Positions 35,044 to 44,622 of a stretch of DNA of 64,000 nt are shown here, one piece after another. The notes under the pieces are model-generated. The model was not told where the DNA came from and did no database searches. It saw nothing but the letters and a program-made list of their open reading frames with translations. Source of the DNA: an uncultured Rhizobacter sp. (GTDB taxonomy: Bacteria; Pseudomonadota; Gammaproteobacteria; Burkholderiales; Burkholderiaceae_C); the NCBI GenBank assembly GCA_964242145.1, contig CAXTCD010000002.1, positions 3,770 through 67,769 on the forward strand. Direction: 5' to 3'. Made by a program: the position numbers and the translations under genes. How positions within the stretch are numbered: position 1 is the stretch's first letter; each line of letters begins with the position of its first letter.

Positions 35044-35742
35044 ATGAAGCTTGCGATCTTCGATCTCGACGACACGCTGATCAACTTTGCCGCCACGCGC
35101 CAGGCCGCTTATCGCGGCATGGCCGATCTGCTGACGCGCGGCGGTGTGGACGCCCCGGCCTTTCTCGCGGCCTGCCCTGCGGTTGACCGCGCGCTCTTCG
35201 TGCTGTTCGAGACCGGGCAGATCAGCCGCGCCGACTACCGCCTGCGCCGCTTCAGCGAGCCGTTCGATGTGATTGGTGCGCCGCATCAACCGGCGTTGGT
35301 ACAGCGGCTCAACACTTTCTTCATGGACTGTGTCAATGACACGCCCTTGCTGTTCGATGATGCAAAACCGGTGTTACAGGCCTTGCGCGTGGCAGGCATT
35401 CGCACTGCGATCCTGACCAACGGCCCGTCCGATGGCCAGCGCCGCAAGCTGAAGGCCACCGGCCTGACGGATGCCGTCGATGAAGTGGTGATCGGCGAAG
35501 AGATCGGCTTTCGCAAACCCTCGCCGCAAGCTTTTCATTGGGTCATTGACCGCTTCTCGCTGGGCCGCTGTGACGCGTTGATGATCGGCGACTCGCCGGA
35601 ACTCGACCATGACGCCGCCCTCAGCGCGGGCCTTGGCGCGCGCCTGCTGGACCGCGAAGGCCACCACGCTGGCGGGGCACGCGAAGTGATCCAGTCGCTC
35701 GACGACGTGAGGGTCCAAGGGCTTATCCCCAAAATAACCTGA
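35044..35742 (+). CDS. HAD-superfamily phosphatase (YjjG/nucleotidase-like)
   Basis: IFDLDDTL (motif I), LTNG (II), RKP (III) and IGDSPELD (IV). Confidence 0.88.
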   Translation: MKLAIFDLDDTLINFAATRQAAYRGMADLLTRGGVDAPAFLAACPAVDRALFVLFETGQISRADYRLRRFSEPFDVIGAPHQPALVQRLNTFFMDCVNDTPLLFDDAKPVLQALRVAGIRTAILTNGPSDGQRRKLKATGLTDAVDEVVIGEEIGFRKPSPQAFHWVIDRFSLGRCDALMIGDSPELDHDAALSAGLGARLLDREGHHAGGAREVIQSLDDVRVQGLIPKIT

Positions 35743-36099
35743 TGACAACGCGGCGTAACAAGCGCAGCATGTCAAACCTTACAGGTTGCCAAGCCCTTGC
35801 GGGCCTCGTACCCTTTGTTTTACGGCAGAGGGGTTCACGATGGCGGACTGCGGCGGCTGATCTACCCAGCTCCAAGCGTCTCACGCTCGCATGTGCTCGT
35901 CTGGACCCAGCCGCACTTGAAAGCAGAACGCCAGGGTTGTGACGAGAAGGCGGCCGCGGGCAAGCGTCGGCGCGAGGGGCACGCGATGTGGATTCAATCG
36001 ATCAAGTGCGGGTGGCGCGCTGCGTCGCAGCGCTTTGTCGTTTCGCCTTCGCCCGCGTCACCGCCCGGTGCCGGGCCTGCGCTGGATCTCGAAGCCAGC

Positions 36100-37176
36100 A
36101 TGGCTTTATTGCCACCCGCCCCACCGCTTGAAGCCAACCCGGCGACTCGGGCTAACGCTCGACCCGGCGCCTGGCGGGCCGCGCTGCTGACCGGCAGCAG
36201 CCTGCTGGTGCTGGGTGTGCTGGCCATCGTCTACCTCTCGATCCACCGCGAGTCGGCTGCCACGCTTATCACCGACAAGCTGAGCATCGCGCTTTCCAGC
36301 ACGCCGCACGCCGCGCTGCTGCACATCGCCGCCGCCAAGGGCTATTTCACCGACGAGGGCCTGGATGTCTCGGTGATGCCGGTCACCCACGGCAAGGCCG
36401 CGCTCGATCTGCTGGCCCAGGGCAAGAGCGATCTGGCCTCCGCGGCCGAAGTGCCTTTCGTGATTGCGGTAATGAAGGGCGCGGACCTCGGCATCGCCGC
36501 GACCATGGCGAGCATCTCCACCGAGATGGCAGTGGTCGTGCGGCGTGACCGCAGCATCGGCCACCCGCGCGATCTGGCGCAAAAGCGCATCGGCGTGACC
36601 TTCGGTACCAGCGGCGAATACTTTCTGTGGGCCTTTCTGATCCGCAACAAGCTGACACCGGGTTCGATCACGCTGGTTGACCTGCCGCCCGACCAACTGG
36701 TGCTGGCGCTGACCGAAGGCCGCATCGATGCGGCTGCGATGTGGCAGCCCCTGGTGTCACAGGCGGAATCGACGCTCGGCAACCTCGGACAGGTATTCAC
36801 CGAACCGAGCGCCTACACGGTGATGCATGTGCTGGTGGGCCGCAACGAGTTCTTGCGCACCCATCGCATCGCAGTACAGAAGCTGCTGCGCGCGATGCTG
36901 AAGGCCGAAGAATTCAACCGCAATGATCCGCATCGCGCGATGGAGCTGACGGCGCAGCGGCTGAAGATCCCTGTGCAGAGCCTGCAGGCCGGCTGGGGCG
37001 AACTCGATCTCGCCGTCGACATGCAGCAGTCGCAGCTGATCACGCTGGAAGACGAGGCGCGTTGGGCGATCGCACGCGGCCATGCGCCGCCCGGGCCGCT
37101 GCCCAACTTCCTGCCCCACTTGTCGCTCGACGCACTGCTGGCGGTGCTGCCCGAGCGCGTGAGCGTGGTTCGCTAA
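36100..37176 (+). CDS. NrtA/SsuA/NMT1-type substrate-binding protein with N-terminal membrane anchor
   Basis: TM segment, then AKGYFTDEGLDV, GKAALD, DLAQKRIGVTFGTSGEYFL and IDAAAMWQP; start 36100 or 35986. Confidence 0.85.
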   Translation: MALLPPAPPLEANPATRANARPGAWRAALLTGSSLLVLGVLAIVYLSIHRESAATLITDKLSIALSSTPHAALLHIAAAKGYFTDEGLDVSVMPVTHGKAALDLLAQGKSDLASAAEVPFVIAVMKGADLGIAATMASISTEMAVVVRRDRSIGHPRDLAQKRIGVTFGTSGEYFLWAFLIRNKLTPGSITLVDLPPDQLVLALTEGRIDAAAMWQPLVSQAESTLGNLGQVFTEPSAYTVMHVLVGRNEFLRTHRIAVQKLLRAMLKAEEFNRNDPHRAMELTAQRLKIPVQSLQAGWGELDLAVDMQQSQLITLEDEARWAIARGHAPPGPLPNFLPHLSLDALLAVLPERVSVVR

Positions 37177-37203
37177 CGCCATCACGCCATGAAGCCATAA
37201 ACC

Positions 37204-38658
37204 ATGAAGATCGGAACAAAAGGACGCATCTCGGCCGTGCTGACCCTGGGCACGATCGCTTTCATCGCAGCGATGATCTGGTGGGCCAACACCGAAGTGG
37301 AAGACGCCGGGCGGCAACGCAAGCAGGCCAACGAAATCTCGCGCGGGCTCGATGAACTGCGGCTGGTGTCTTTTGAATACCTGCTCGGCCGCCAGGAGCG
37401 CGCCCGGATGCAGGCGCAAAGCGTCTCGACGCGGCTTGACCGGCTGATGGAGACCCCCATCTTCACCGGTGTGCGGCAACGCGAACTGATGAACTCGCTG
37501 CGCTCGCGCAGTGTGATCGCCCAGGGCATCTTCTCCGAACTGCTGTCCGACCCGCAGGCCAACTCCGGCCAGCGCAGCGATGACGAAACCCTGCGCCGCT
37601 TCGAAGCCCAGCTGTCGAGCCGGTTGCTGATCCTGCAGCAGGACAGCCTGGCCGACGCGTTCTCGTTGACCGATGTGTCGACCGATCGCATCCGCGAAGC
37701 GCAGCGACGCGTGGTCGTGGTCACCTTGGCGGGCCTGGCCTTGATTGCATTGATCGTGATCGGCGCGGGCCTCTTCATACATCGCGATGTGCTGGTGCCG
37801 ATTGCCCGGCTGGAGCAGGCCACCAACGAAGTGGCCGCGGGCAACTGGAGCTTCACGCTGAATGTTGCCAGCGACGACGAGATCGGCGAGATGTCGCGCA
37901 ATTTCGATGCGATGACACGGTCGCTGCGCGATTCTTTCGCGCAGATCGAGCGCAGCAACCAGGAGCTCGCCGCATTGAACCAGGAGATCGAATCTTTCAG
38001 CTATTCGGTGTCGCATGACCTGCGCGGCCCCTTGCGCAGCATGGATGGCTTCTCGCTCGCCCTGCTCGAAGACTACGGCGACAAGCTCGATGCCGAGGCG
38101 AAAGACTCGTTGTCGCGCATCCGCGCCGCCAGCCAGCGCATGGGCAGGCTGATCGACGAATTGCTCGGCCTGTCGCGCGTGACCCGTGCCGAGCTGACCC
38201 TGCGGCCGGTCAGCCTGAGTGCCGTGGCCACCGAAATCATCGAAGCTCTGGCCCAACAGCACCCGCACCGTTCAGTGCAATGGCAGATCGACGAGGGTCT
38301 GACGATCCAGGCCGACAAGCCGCTCATCCAGATCGCCATGCAGAACCTGCTGGAGAACGCCTGGAAGTTCACTGGCAAGACCGATGCACCGCTCATCCGT
38401 GTCGGCATGCTCGATCGCAACGGCCAGAAGGATTACTTTGTGGCTGACAACGGCGTCGGCTTCGACATGGCCTACGCCGATCGCTTGTTCGGCGCCTTCC
38501 AGCGCCTGCATCACGAGACCGACTTCCCCGGCACCGGCATCGGCCTGGCCATCGTGCAGCGCATCTTCCGGCGGCACGAGGGCTCGATCAGGGTCGAAGC
38601 ACAGCCGGGACTGGGCGCAACGTTTTATTTCAGGCTGAAAGAACCATCCCATGAATGA
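37204..38658 (+). CDS. Membrane sensor histidine kinase (2 TM, HAMP, HisKA, HATPase)
   Basis: FSYSVSHDLRGPL H-box, NLLENAWKFT N-box, DNGVGF, FGAFQRLH and GTGIGLAIV. Confidence 0.95.
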   Translation: MKIGTKGRISAVLTLGTIAFIAAMIWWANTEVEDAGRQRKQANEISRGLDELRLVSFEYLLGRQERARMQAQSVSTRLDRLMETPIFTGVRQRELMNSLRSRSVIAQGIFSELLSDPQANSGQRSDDETLRRFEAQLSSRLLILQQDSLADAFSLTDVSTDRIREAQRRVVVVTLAGLALIALIVIGAGLFIHRDVLVPIARLEQATNEVAAGNWSFTLNVASDDEIGEMSRNFDAMTRSLRDSFAQIERSNQELAALNQEIESFSYSVSHDLRGPLRSMDGFSLALLEDYGDKLDAEAKDSLSRIRAASQRMGRLIDELLGLSRVTRAELTLRPVSLSAVATEIIEALAQQHPHRSVQWQIDEGLTIQADKPLIQIAMQNLLENAWKFTGKTDAPLIRVGMLDRNGQKDYFVADNGVGFDMAYADRLFGAFQRLHHETDFPGTGIGLAIVQRIFRRHEGSIRVEAQPGLGATFYFRLKEPSHE

Positions 38659-39106
38659 TTCGAACAAGGTGATCCTGCTGGTCGAAGACAACCCGGACGA
38701 CGTCGCCCTCACACTGCGCGCCTTCAAGCGCAGCCACGTTAGCAATCCCATCACCGTGGCCCGTGACGGCATCGAAGCCCTCGACTTTCTGTTCGGCCGC
38801 GGCGTCCATGCCGACCGCGCCCATGCCTCGTTGCCGACGATCGTGATCCTCGACCTGAAGCTGCCCAAGCTCGATGGCCTGGGGGTGCTGAAGGCCTTGC
38901 GCGCCGATGAGCGCACCAAGCTGCTGCCGGTCGTGATCCTGACCTCGTCGAAGGAAGAACAAGACCTGATCTCCGGCTATACGCTCGGCGCGAACAGCTA
39001 TGTGCGCAAGCCGGTCGACTTCGCCGAGTTTGTCGAAGCGGTCAAGGTACTCGGCATCTATTGGCTGATGATGAACGAGTCTCCACCCGAACGAGCCACC
39101 TCGTGA
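38651..39106 (+). CDS. Single-domain response regulator (Rcp1-like)
   Basis: LLVEDNPDD, ILDLKLPKLDG, ILTSS and GANSYVRKPVDF. Confidence 0.94.
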   Translation: MNDSNKVILLVEDNPDDVALTLRAFKRSHVSNPITVARDGIEALDFLFGRGVHADRAHASLPTIVILDLKLPKLDGLGVLKALRADERTKLLPVVILTSSKEEQDLISGYTLGANSYVRKPVDFAEFVEAVKVLGIYWLMMNESPPERATS

Positions 39107-41055
39107 GTCGCTCTGTCAAAGTGCTGGTCGTCGAAGATTCCGACGACGACGCCAAACTGGCCATGCGCATGTTGAAGCGCGGTGGCTTCGACCCGACCTA
39201 TCAGCGCGTGCAAGACGTCGACGGCCTGATCGACGCGTTGAAGCACGACACCTGGGACGCGGTGCTGTCGGACTTCCGCATGCCCGGCTTCAACGGCGTT
39301 GATGCGCTGAAGATCTTCCGCGATACCGGGCTCGACATTCCTTTCATCTTCTTCTCCGGCACCATCGGCGAAGAGACCGCAGTCGAGGCGATGAAGGCGG
39401 GTGCGAGCGACTATGTGATGAAGCAGCACCTGGCGCGGCTGGCGCCGGTGCTGGAGCGCGAACTCGGCCAGGCATTGATTCGGGCCGAGCACCGGCAGGC
39501 GCAGATCGACCTCGAAGTCTCGCGCGACCGCTACCTCGACCTCTATGACTTCGCACCTGTCGGCTACCTGACGCTGACCGAGGAAGGCCTGATCTCGCAA
39601 CTCAACCTCACCGGTGCGGCCATGCTCGGCGAGGAGCGGCCTGCGTTGATGAACATGCCGTTCGCGCGCTTCGTGCCGCCCGAAGAGGCCGACCACTGGC
39701 GGCAGCACTTCCTGGTCGCGCTGTACCACGGCAATAACCTTCGTCTTGAGCTGACACTGAAGGGCGCACAGGGCCAGCGCTGCCCGGTGCAGCTGGATTG
39801 CACGCGAGTCACTTCTGAGAGCGCCGCCCCCATGGTGCGCGTGACACTGACCGACATCAGCGCACGCAAGGAGGCCGAGGCCAACCTGCGCGGCTTCGAG
39901 GCGCAGTTGCGCGAGGTGCAGAAGATGGAGTCGATCGGCACGCTGGCCGGCGGCATCGCGCACGACTTCAACAACATCCTCGGCGCGATCCTCGGCAACC
40001 TGTCGCTTGCACGCAATGAAGTCGGCACCGGCCACGCCGCGCTCGTCAACCTGGACGAAATCCAAAAAGCAAGCCTGCGCGCACGCAACCTCGTGCAGCA
40101 GATCCTCGCGTTCAGCCGCCGCGCACCGCAGCAGCTCGTGACACAGTCGTTGGGCCCGTTGCTGATGGAGACACGCCAGTTGCTGCGCGCCACGCTACCA
40201 GCCCGCGTCGGCTTCGAGGTCAACGATTCCGATGAACCGCTGTACGTGCATGCCGATGGCACCCAGGTCCAGCAGGTGCTGATGAATCTGTGCACCAACG
40301 CCTGGCATGCCCTGGCCGATGGCGTCGGGCACATCACGGTGGGCATCGATCACGTCCACATCGACGTCGGCAACGCCAAACGGCTGGGCGGCTTGCCACC
40401 CGGTCCGTATGCGCACCTGTGGGTGTCCGACGACGGCATTGGCATGGACACCGCGACACGCGAGCACATCTTCGAACCCTTCTTCACGACCAAGCCGGTC
40501 GGGCAAGGCACGGGCCTCGGGCTGTCGGTGGTGCACGGCATCATGACGGCGCACCATGGCGCGATCGATGTCGACAGTGAGCCCGGGAAAGGCAGCACCT
40601 TCCACCTGTACTTCCCGGTCGTTCCCCCTCCATCCGCCGGCGCTGCCGCGGCCAAGCCCGCCGCGCACGAAGCCGCTCGCGGCCAGGGCCAGCATGTGCT
40701 GTACATCGATGACGACGAGACGATGGTGGTGATGGTCGAGCGCATCCTGCAGCGCTCAGGCTACGAGGTCAGCGGCTATCAAGACGCACAGGCCGCGATG
40801 GCCGCGGTGCGTGAGCGCCCTACGGCCTTCGACCTGGTCGTCACCGACTTCAACATGCCCGAGCTGTCGGGCCTGGACGTGGCTCGCGAGCTGGCGCGCA
40901 TCCGCCCTCAGTTGCCCGTCGTCATCAGCTCCGGCTACATCACCGAAGAACTGCGCATCGAAGCGCGGCTGGCCGGTGTGCGCAGCCTGCTGGAGAAGCA
41001 GAACACCTTCGAAGAGCTGAGCCAATTGGTCGGGCGTACCTTGCTGCGCAGATAA
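39103..41055 (+). CDS. Hybrid REC-PAS-HisKA-HATPase-REC kinase
   Basis: N-terminal REC (VVEDSDDD, SDFRMP), PAS (YDFAPVGYLTL), GGIAHDFNNIL H-box, FFTTKPVGQGTGLGL and C-terminal REC (TDFNMP); GTG start overlaps the RR stop. Confidence 0.93.
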   Translation: MSRSVKVLVVEDSDDDAKLAMRMLKRGGFDPTYQRVQDVDGLIDALKHDTWDAVLSDFRMPGFNGVDALKIFRDTGLDIPFIFFSGTIGEETAVEAMKAGASDYVMKQHLARLAPVLERELGQALIRAEHRQAQIDLEVSRDRYLDLYDFAPVGYLTLTEEGLISQLNLTGAAMLGEERPALMNMPFARFVPPEEADHWRQHFLVALYHGNNLRLELTLKGAQGQRCPVQLDCTRVTSESAAPMVRVTLTDISARKEAEANLRGFEAQLREVQKMESIGTLAGGIAHDFNNILGAILGNLSLARNEVGTGHAALVNLDEIQKASLRARNLVQQILAFSRRAPQQLVTQSLGPLLMETRQLLRATLPARVGFEVNDSDEPLYVHADGTQVQQVLMNLCTNAWHALADGVGHITVGIDHVHIDVGNAKRLGGLPPGPYAHLWVSDDGIGMDTATREHIFEPFFTTKPVGQGTGLGLSVVHGIMTAHHGAIDVDSEPGKGSTFHLYFPVVPPPSAGAAAAKPAAHEAARGQGQHVLYIDDDETMVVMVERILQRSGYEVSGYQDAQAAMAAVRERPTAFDLVVTDFNMPELSGLDVARELARIRPQLPVVISSGYITEELRIEARLAGVRSLLEKQNTFEELSQLVGRTLLRR

Positions 41056-41503
41056 CGCGCAGCCTGCGCCAAGCACCTGAAACCCGGCAAGTTTGCGAAC
41101 GGGCAAACACCCCGCCAGGTGTTGCCACCTGCAGATGCCGGGTTGTCGGCGGCGGTGGCTGAATTTTCTTGAACTCTCATGGAAAGATCTCCTTCGCAAT
41201 GGATGAGGATGGCAGGTCGCCATGGACCTGTTGAAGAACCAATTGATGACTCAGTCTTGCAGTTCTATTTCCACGTAGAGCTAACGCCACGAAGAAACGG
41301 CATCACAAGCAAAGCAAGCGCTTGGGGCCTGTTGACAGCAAAACAAAGGTTCATTTTTAATGCTCTCCTCGCCATGAGTTCCAGGCGTTGTGCAGGAGCA
41401 CAGGAAGCACTCCGGAGTTCACTGGGTGGGACGACCGATAACTCCTCATCAGAGCGTCATCGAGCCGGTGTGCAATGACCGGCCCATGACCGGGCGAATG
41501 CGG

Positions 41504-43432
41504 TCAAAGGTCCAGCGCGGGGCGGTGTTCTTCTTCGCTGACGAAGGTCCAGCGACCGAGGAATGACACCACGAAGGCGATCGCTGCGGTCAGCAGGATC
41601 ACCGACCAGGCCGACAACCACGCGTTGTCGTAAGCACCGAACAGGCTGGCGCGGAAGGCCCGCACCACCCAGGTGAACGGCAGCCACGGGTTCAGGTGGC
41701 GGAACAGCTCGCCGCTCAGCTCGATCGGCAACACGCCGCCGGCCGATGACAGCTGCACGATCAGCAGCAGCAGCGCGAGCGCCTTGCCCACATCGCCGAA
41801 AGTACGCGTCAACGCGAGAATGATCAGCAGGAAGGTCAGCGAGGCCAGTGTCAGCGTGAGCCAAAACGCCGGCAGGTCCGGCACGTGGACATGCAGCAGC
41901 GCCGTCAGCATCAACAACACGATGCTGGCTTGCGCGACGACCATCGCCGACAACAGCGCCAGCTTGCCCAGCAGCTGCGACAGCCGCGAAGCCTCGCGTG
42001 CCGATTCGGGCAGGCGGCGCAGATGGAACAGAAACGCCGTCATCACCGCGCCCATCCACAACGCAACCGGCACAAAGTTCGGGGTAAAACCAGTGCCGTT
42101 GTTGGGCACCGGAGCGAAGATCTCGACCACCGGCTCGACCGAATCGGCGAGGCCGCGCGCACTGCCTTCGAGCGACGGCACATCGTTCGGCAGCGACGAT
42201 TCGAGCAAGTCCAGGCCACCCGCCAATTGCGCTGCGCCCACATGCAGCTTCTCGACACCCATGCGCAGGTTCTGGGTGCCCTGGGCAAGCGATGTCGACG
42301 CATTGCCGAAGGCATCGAGCCTCGCGTCATCGGGCAGGCGCGCGGCCATCAGGTGCAGGCCGTCACCGAGTGCGGCCACGCCTTCGGTCAGCTTCAGCAC
42401 ACCGCCATGCAGCCGCACCGCGCCTTCGCCGAGGCGGATCTGCCCATTGCGTGCCTTTTGCAGCCCGTTGCTCAATTGCGCACCGCCCTCGGCCAGCGCG
42501 GAGGCGCCTTGCGAAATCTTGGTGCCGACGAAAAGGATGTCTTCGGTCTCGTCGTGCAGCTGCTGCGCGCCGTCGGTCAGGCGCTGCGCGCCCGCCTGAA
42601 GCTGCTCCAGGCCACGGCTCAGTTCGGCATGGCCTTCGGCCAATGCATGCGAGCCGCTGCGCAAGGCCTGCAGATCGGCCGTGGACGCGCGCCGCGCGTC
42701 CATCGTGCGCACGCCACCGGCCAGCTGCTTGAAGCCGCTGGTCAACGGGCCCGCGGCTTCATTGAGCTTGTGCGCGCCGTCATTCAGCGCGCGCGAGCCG
42801 TTGTCGGCTTGCGCGAGGCCGCGCACCAGGTCGTGCGAGCCGATGCGCAATTGCGCCACGCCATCTTTCAGGCTGCGCACGCTGCGCTGCGAGCCGGCGG
42901 CGCTGGTCAACACCAGCTCCCAGCGCTTCTCGTTCAGCGTTTCATTGACCTGGTGGCCCAGCTCTTCGGCAAAGCGGCGCGCCATGCCTGCGCCCACGTA
43001 GTTATTGCCTTCGGAGGTGTAGACGATCAGCCGGCCCGCGCCCGGCTGCAGGCCCGGCACGGCGTTGGCGCTGAAGTCGCGCGGGATGATCAACGCCATG
43101 ATCAGCCGGCCCTCACGCACCGCCTTGCGGGCCGATGGTTCGTCTTCGAACATCTGGAAGCCGAACAGGTGCCGCTGCTGCAGCGTGGCCGCCAGCTCGG
43201 TGCCGATGTGGGCCGACTGCCCGCGGTAATCGACGCCTTCATCGAGGTTGACGATGGCCGCCGGCAAGGCCGAGGTGCGCGAGGCCGGGTCCCAGACGCT
43301 GGAGAGGTAGATGAAGGCGTAAAGCGCCGGGATGATCAACACGCCCAGCACCGACATCCACAGCCGCGGGAAGCGCCGAAACATCGCCGCCTCGCTGCGG
43401 GCAATCGACCAGGCGTCGCGCAGCGTCTTCAT
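41504..43432 (-). CDS. YhgE/Pip-domain membrane protein
   Basis: YAFIYLSSVWDP, LPAAIVNLDEG, long heptad L.DGA.QL repeats and C-terminal TMs (PWLPFTWVVRAFR). Confidence 0.88.
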   Translation of the reverse strand: MKTLRDAWSIARSEAAMFRRFPRLWMSVLGVLIIPALYAFIYLSSVWDPASRTSALPAAIVNLDEGVDYRGQSAHIGTELAATLQQRHLFGFQMFEDEPSARKAVREGRLIMALIIPRDFSANAVPGLQPGAGRLIVYTSEGNNYVGAGMARRFAEELGHQVNETLNEKRWELVLTSAAGSQRSVRSLKDGVAQLRIGSHDLVRGLAQADNGSRALNDGAHKLNEAAGPLTSGFKQLAGGVRTMDARRASTADLQALRSGSHALAEGHAELSRGLEQLQAGAQRLTDGAQQLHDETEDILFVGTKISQGASALAEGGAQLSNGLQKARNGQIRLGEGAVRLHGGVLKLTEGVAALGDGLHLMAARLPDDARLDAFGNASTSLAQGTQNLRMGVEKLHVGAAQLAGGLDLLESSLPNDVPSLEGSARGLADSVEPVVEIFAPVPNNGTGFTPNFVPVALWMGAVMTAFLFHLRRLPESAREASRLSQLLGKLALLSAMVVAQASIVLLMLTALLHVHVPDLPAFWLTLTLASLTFLLIILALTRTFGDVGKALALLLLIVQLSSAGGVLPIELSGELFRHLNPWLPFTWVVRAFRASLFGAYDNAWLSAWSVILLTAAIAFVVSFLGRWTFVSEEEHRPALDL

Positions 43433-43523
43433 CGCGGTGAGGAGGGCCGGGAAGGCAGCATCACGACCGCCAGCGCGGCGCCCCCGCGCCCGCAGGGCGT
43501 CAGGCGGTCACGCCGCATTGCGC

Positions 43524-44213
43524 TCAGGCCCGCGCCAGCTCGGCGCGCATCGCGTCGATCACCGCGCGGTAATCGGGCTTCCCAAAGATCGCGCTGCCGG
43601 CCACGAAGGTATCGGCACCGGCCGCTGCCGCGTCGCGGATGTTGTCGACCTTGATGCCGCCATCGACTTCCAGCCGGATGTCGCGCCCGCTCTGCTCGAT
43701 CAGGCGGCGCGCACGTTCGATCTTCTTCAATGCCGCCGGAATGAAGCTCTGCCCGCCAAAGCCGGGGTTCACGCTCATGATCAGGATCAGGTCGACCTTG
43801 TCGATCACCCACTCCAGCACGTCGAGTGACACGGCCGGGTTGAACACCAGCCCGGCTTGGCAGCCCTCGGCCTTGATCAGCTGCAAGGTGCGGTCGACAT
43901 GCGTGCTGGCATCAGGATGAAAGCTCACGAGGTCGGCGCCGGCCTTGCAGAAGGCCTGCGCGAGCGCATCGACCGGCGTCACCATCAGATGCACATCGAT
44001 CGGCACCTTGCGGCCATCGGCCTGCACTGCATGCTGGCGCAAGGCCTCGCAGATCATCGGACCGAAGCTCAGGTTGGGCACGTAATGGTTGTCCATCACG
44101 TCGAAATGAATCCAGTCGGCGCCGGCGTCGATGACGTTGCGCACTTCATCGCCGAGGCGGGCAAAGTCGGCGGCCAGCAGGCTGGGGGCAATGCGGTATT
44201 CGGCAGGCTTCAT
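43524..44213 (-). CDS. rpe: Ribulose-phosphate 3-epimerase
   Basis: [38 protein letters not shown] and LEVDGGI. Confidence 0.97.
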   Translation of the reverse strand: MKPAEYRIAPSLLAADFARLGDEVRNVIDAGADWIHFDVMDNHYVPNLSFGPMICEALRQHAVQADGRKVPIDVHLMVTPVDALAQAFCKAGADLVSFHPDASTHVDRTLQLIKAEGCQAGLVFNPAVSLDVLEWVIDKVDLILIMSVNPGFGGQSFIPAALKKIERARRLIEQSGRDIRLEVDGGIKVDNIRDAAAAGADTFVAGSAIFGKPDYRAVIDAMRAELARA

Positions 44214-44247
44214 GGGTGAATTCTAGGAGCGTCCCTAAAATGCGCGG

Positions 44248-44622
44248 ATGTCACAACCTGAATTCACCAGCACGGTCACCGTGCAACACCTGCCGGAGCA
44301 GTCCAACGCCGATGCGGGCGTGTATGCCTTTGCGTACACGATCAACATCCAGAACACCGGCTCGGTCACTGCGCAGTTGATCGCGCGGCACTGGATCATC
44401 ACCGACGCACGAGGCCACGTCGAAGAAGTTCGCGGCCTCGCGGTCGTCGGCCAGCAGCCCTTGCTCAAGCCTGGCGAGCGCTTCGAATACACCAGCTGGA
44501 CGCGCCTGGGCACGCCGCAAGGCAGCATGCGCGGCAGCTTCTTCTGCATGACTGAAGAGGCGCAGCCCTTCGATGCCGAGGTGCCCGAGTTCGGCCTCGC
44601 GCTGGCCTCTGCGCTGCATTGA
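44248..44622 (+). CDS. apaG: ApaG protein
   Basis: FAYTINI.N.G, QLIARHWII, GLAVVGQQP and YTS..LGTP.GSM.G. Confidence 0.95.
   Translation: MSQPEFTSTVTVQHLPEQSNADAGVYAFAYTINIQNTGSVTAQLIARHWIITDARGHVEEVRGLAVVGQQPLLKPGERFEYTSWTRLGTPQGSMRGSFFCMTEEAQPFDAEVPEFGLALASALH

Noticed and set aside
41056-41503. c-di-GMP-I riboswitch suggested by GGGCAAAC
   Set aside because: The downstream GAAA tetraloop/receptor and GACGCAAAGC elements are absent.
41504-43432. Pip protein as a sign of a prophage or type VII secretion system
   Set aside because: No phage structural genes and no FtsK/EssC, WXG100 or other T7SS genes in the window.
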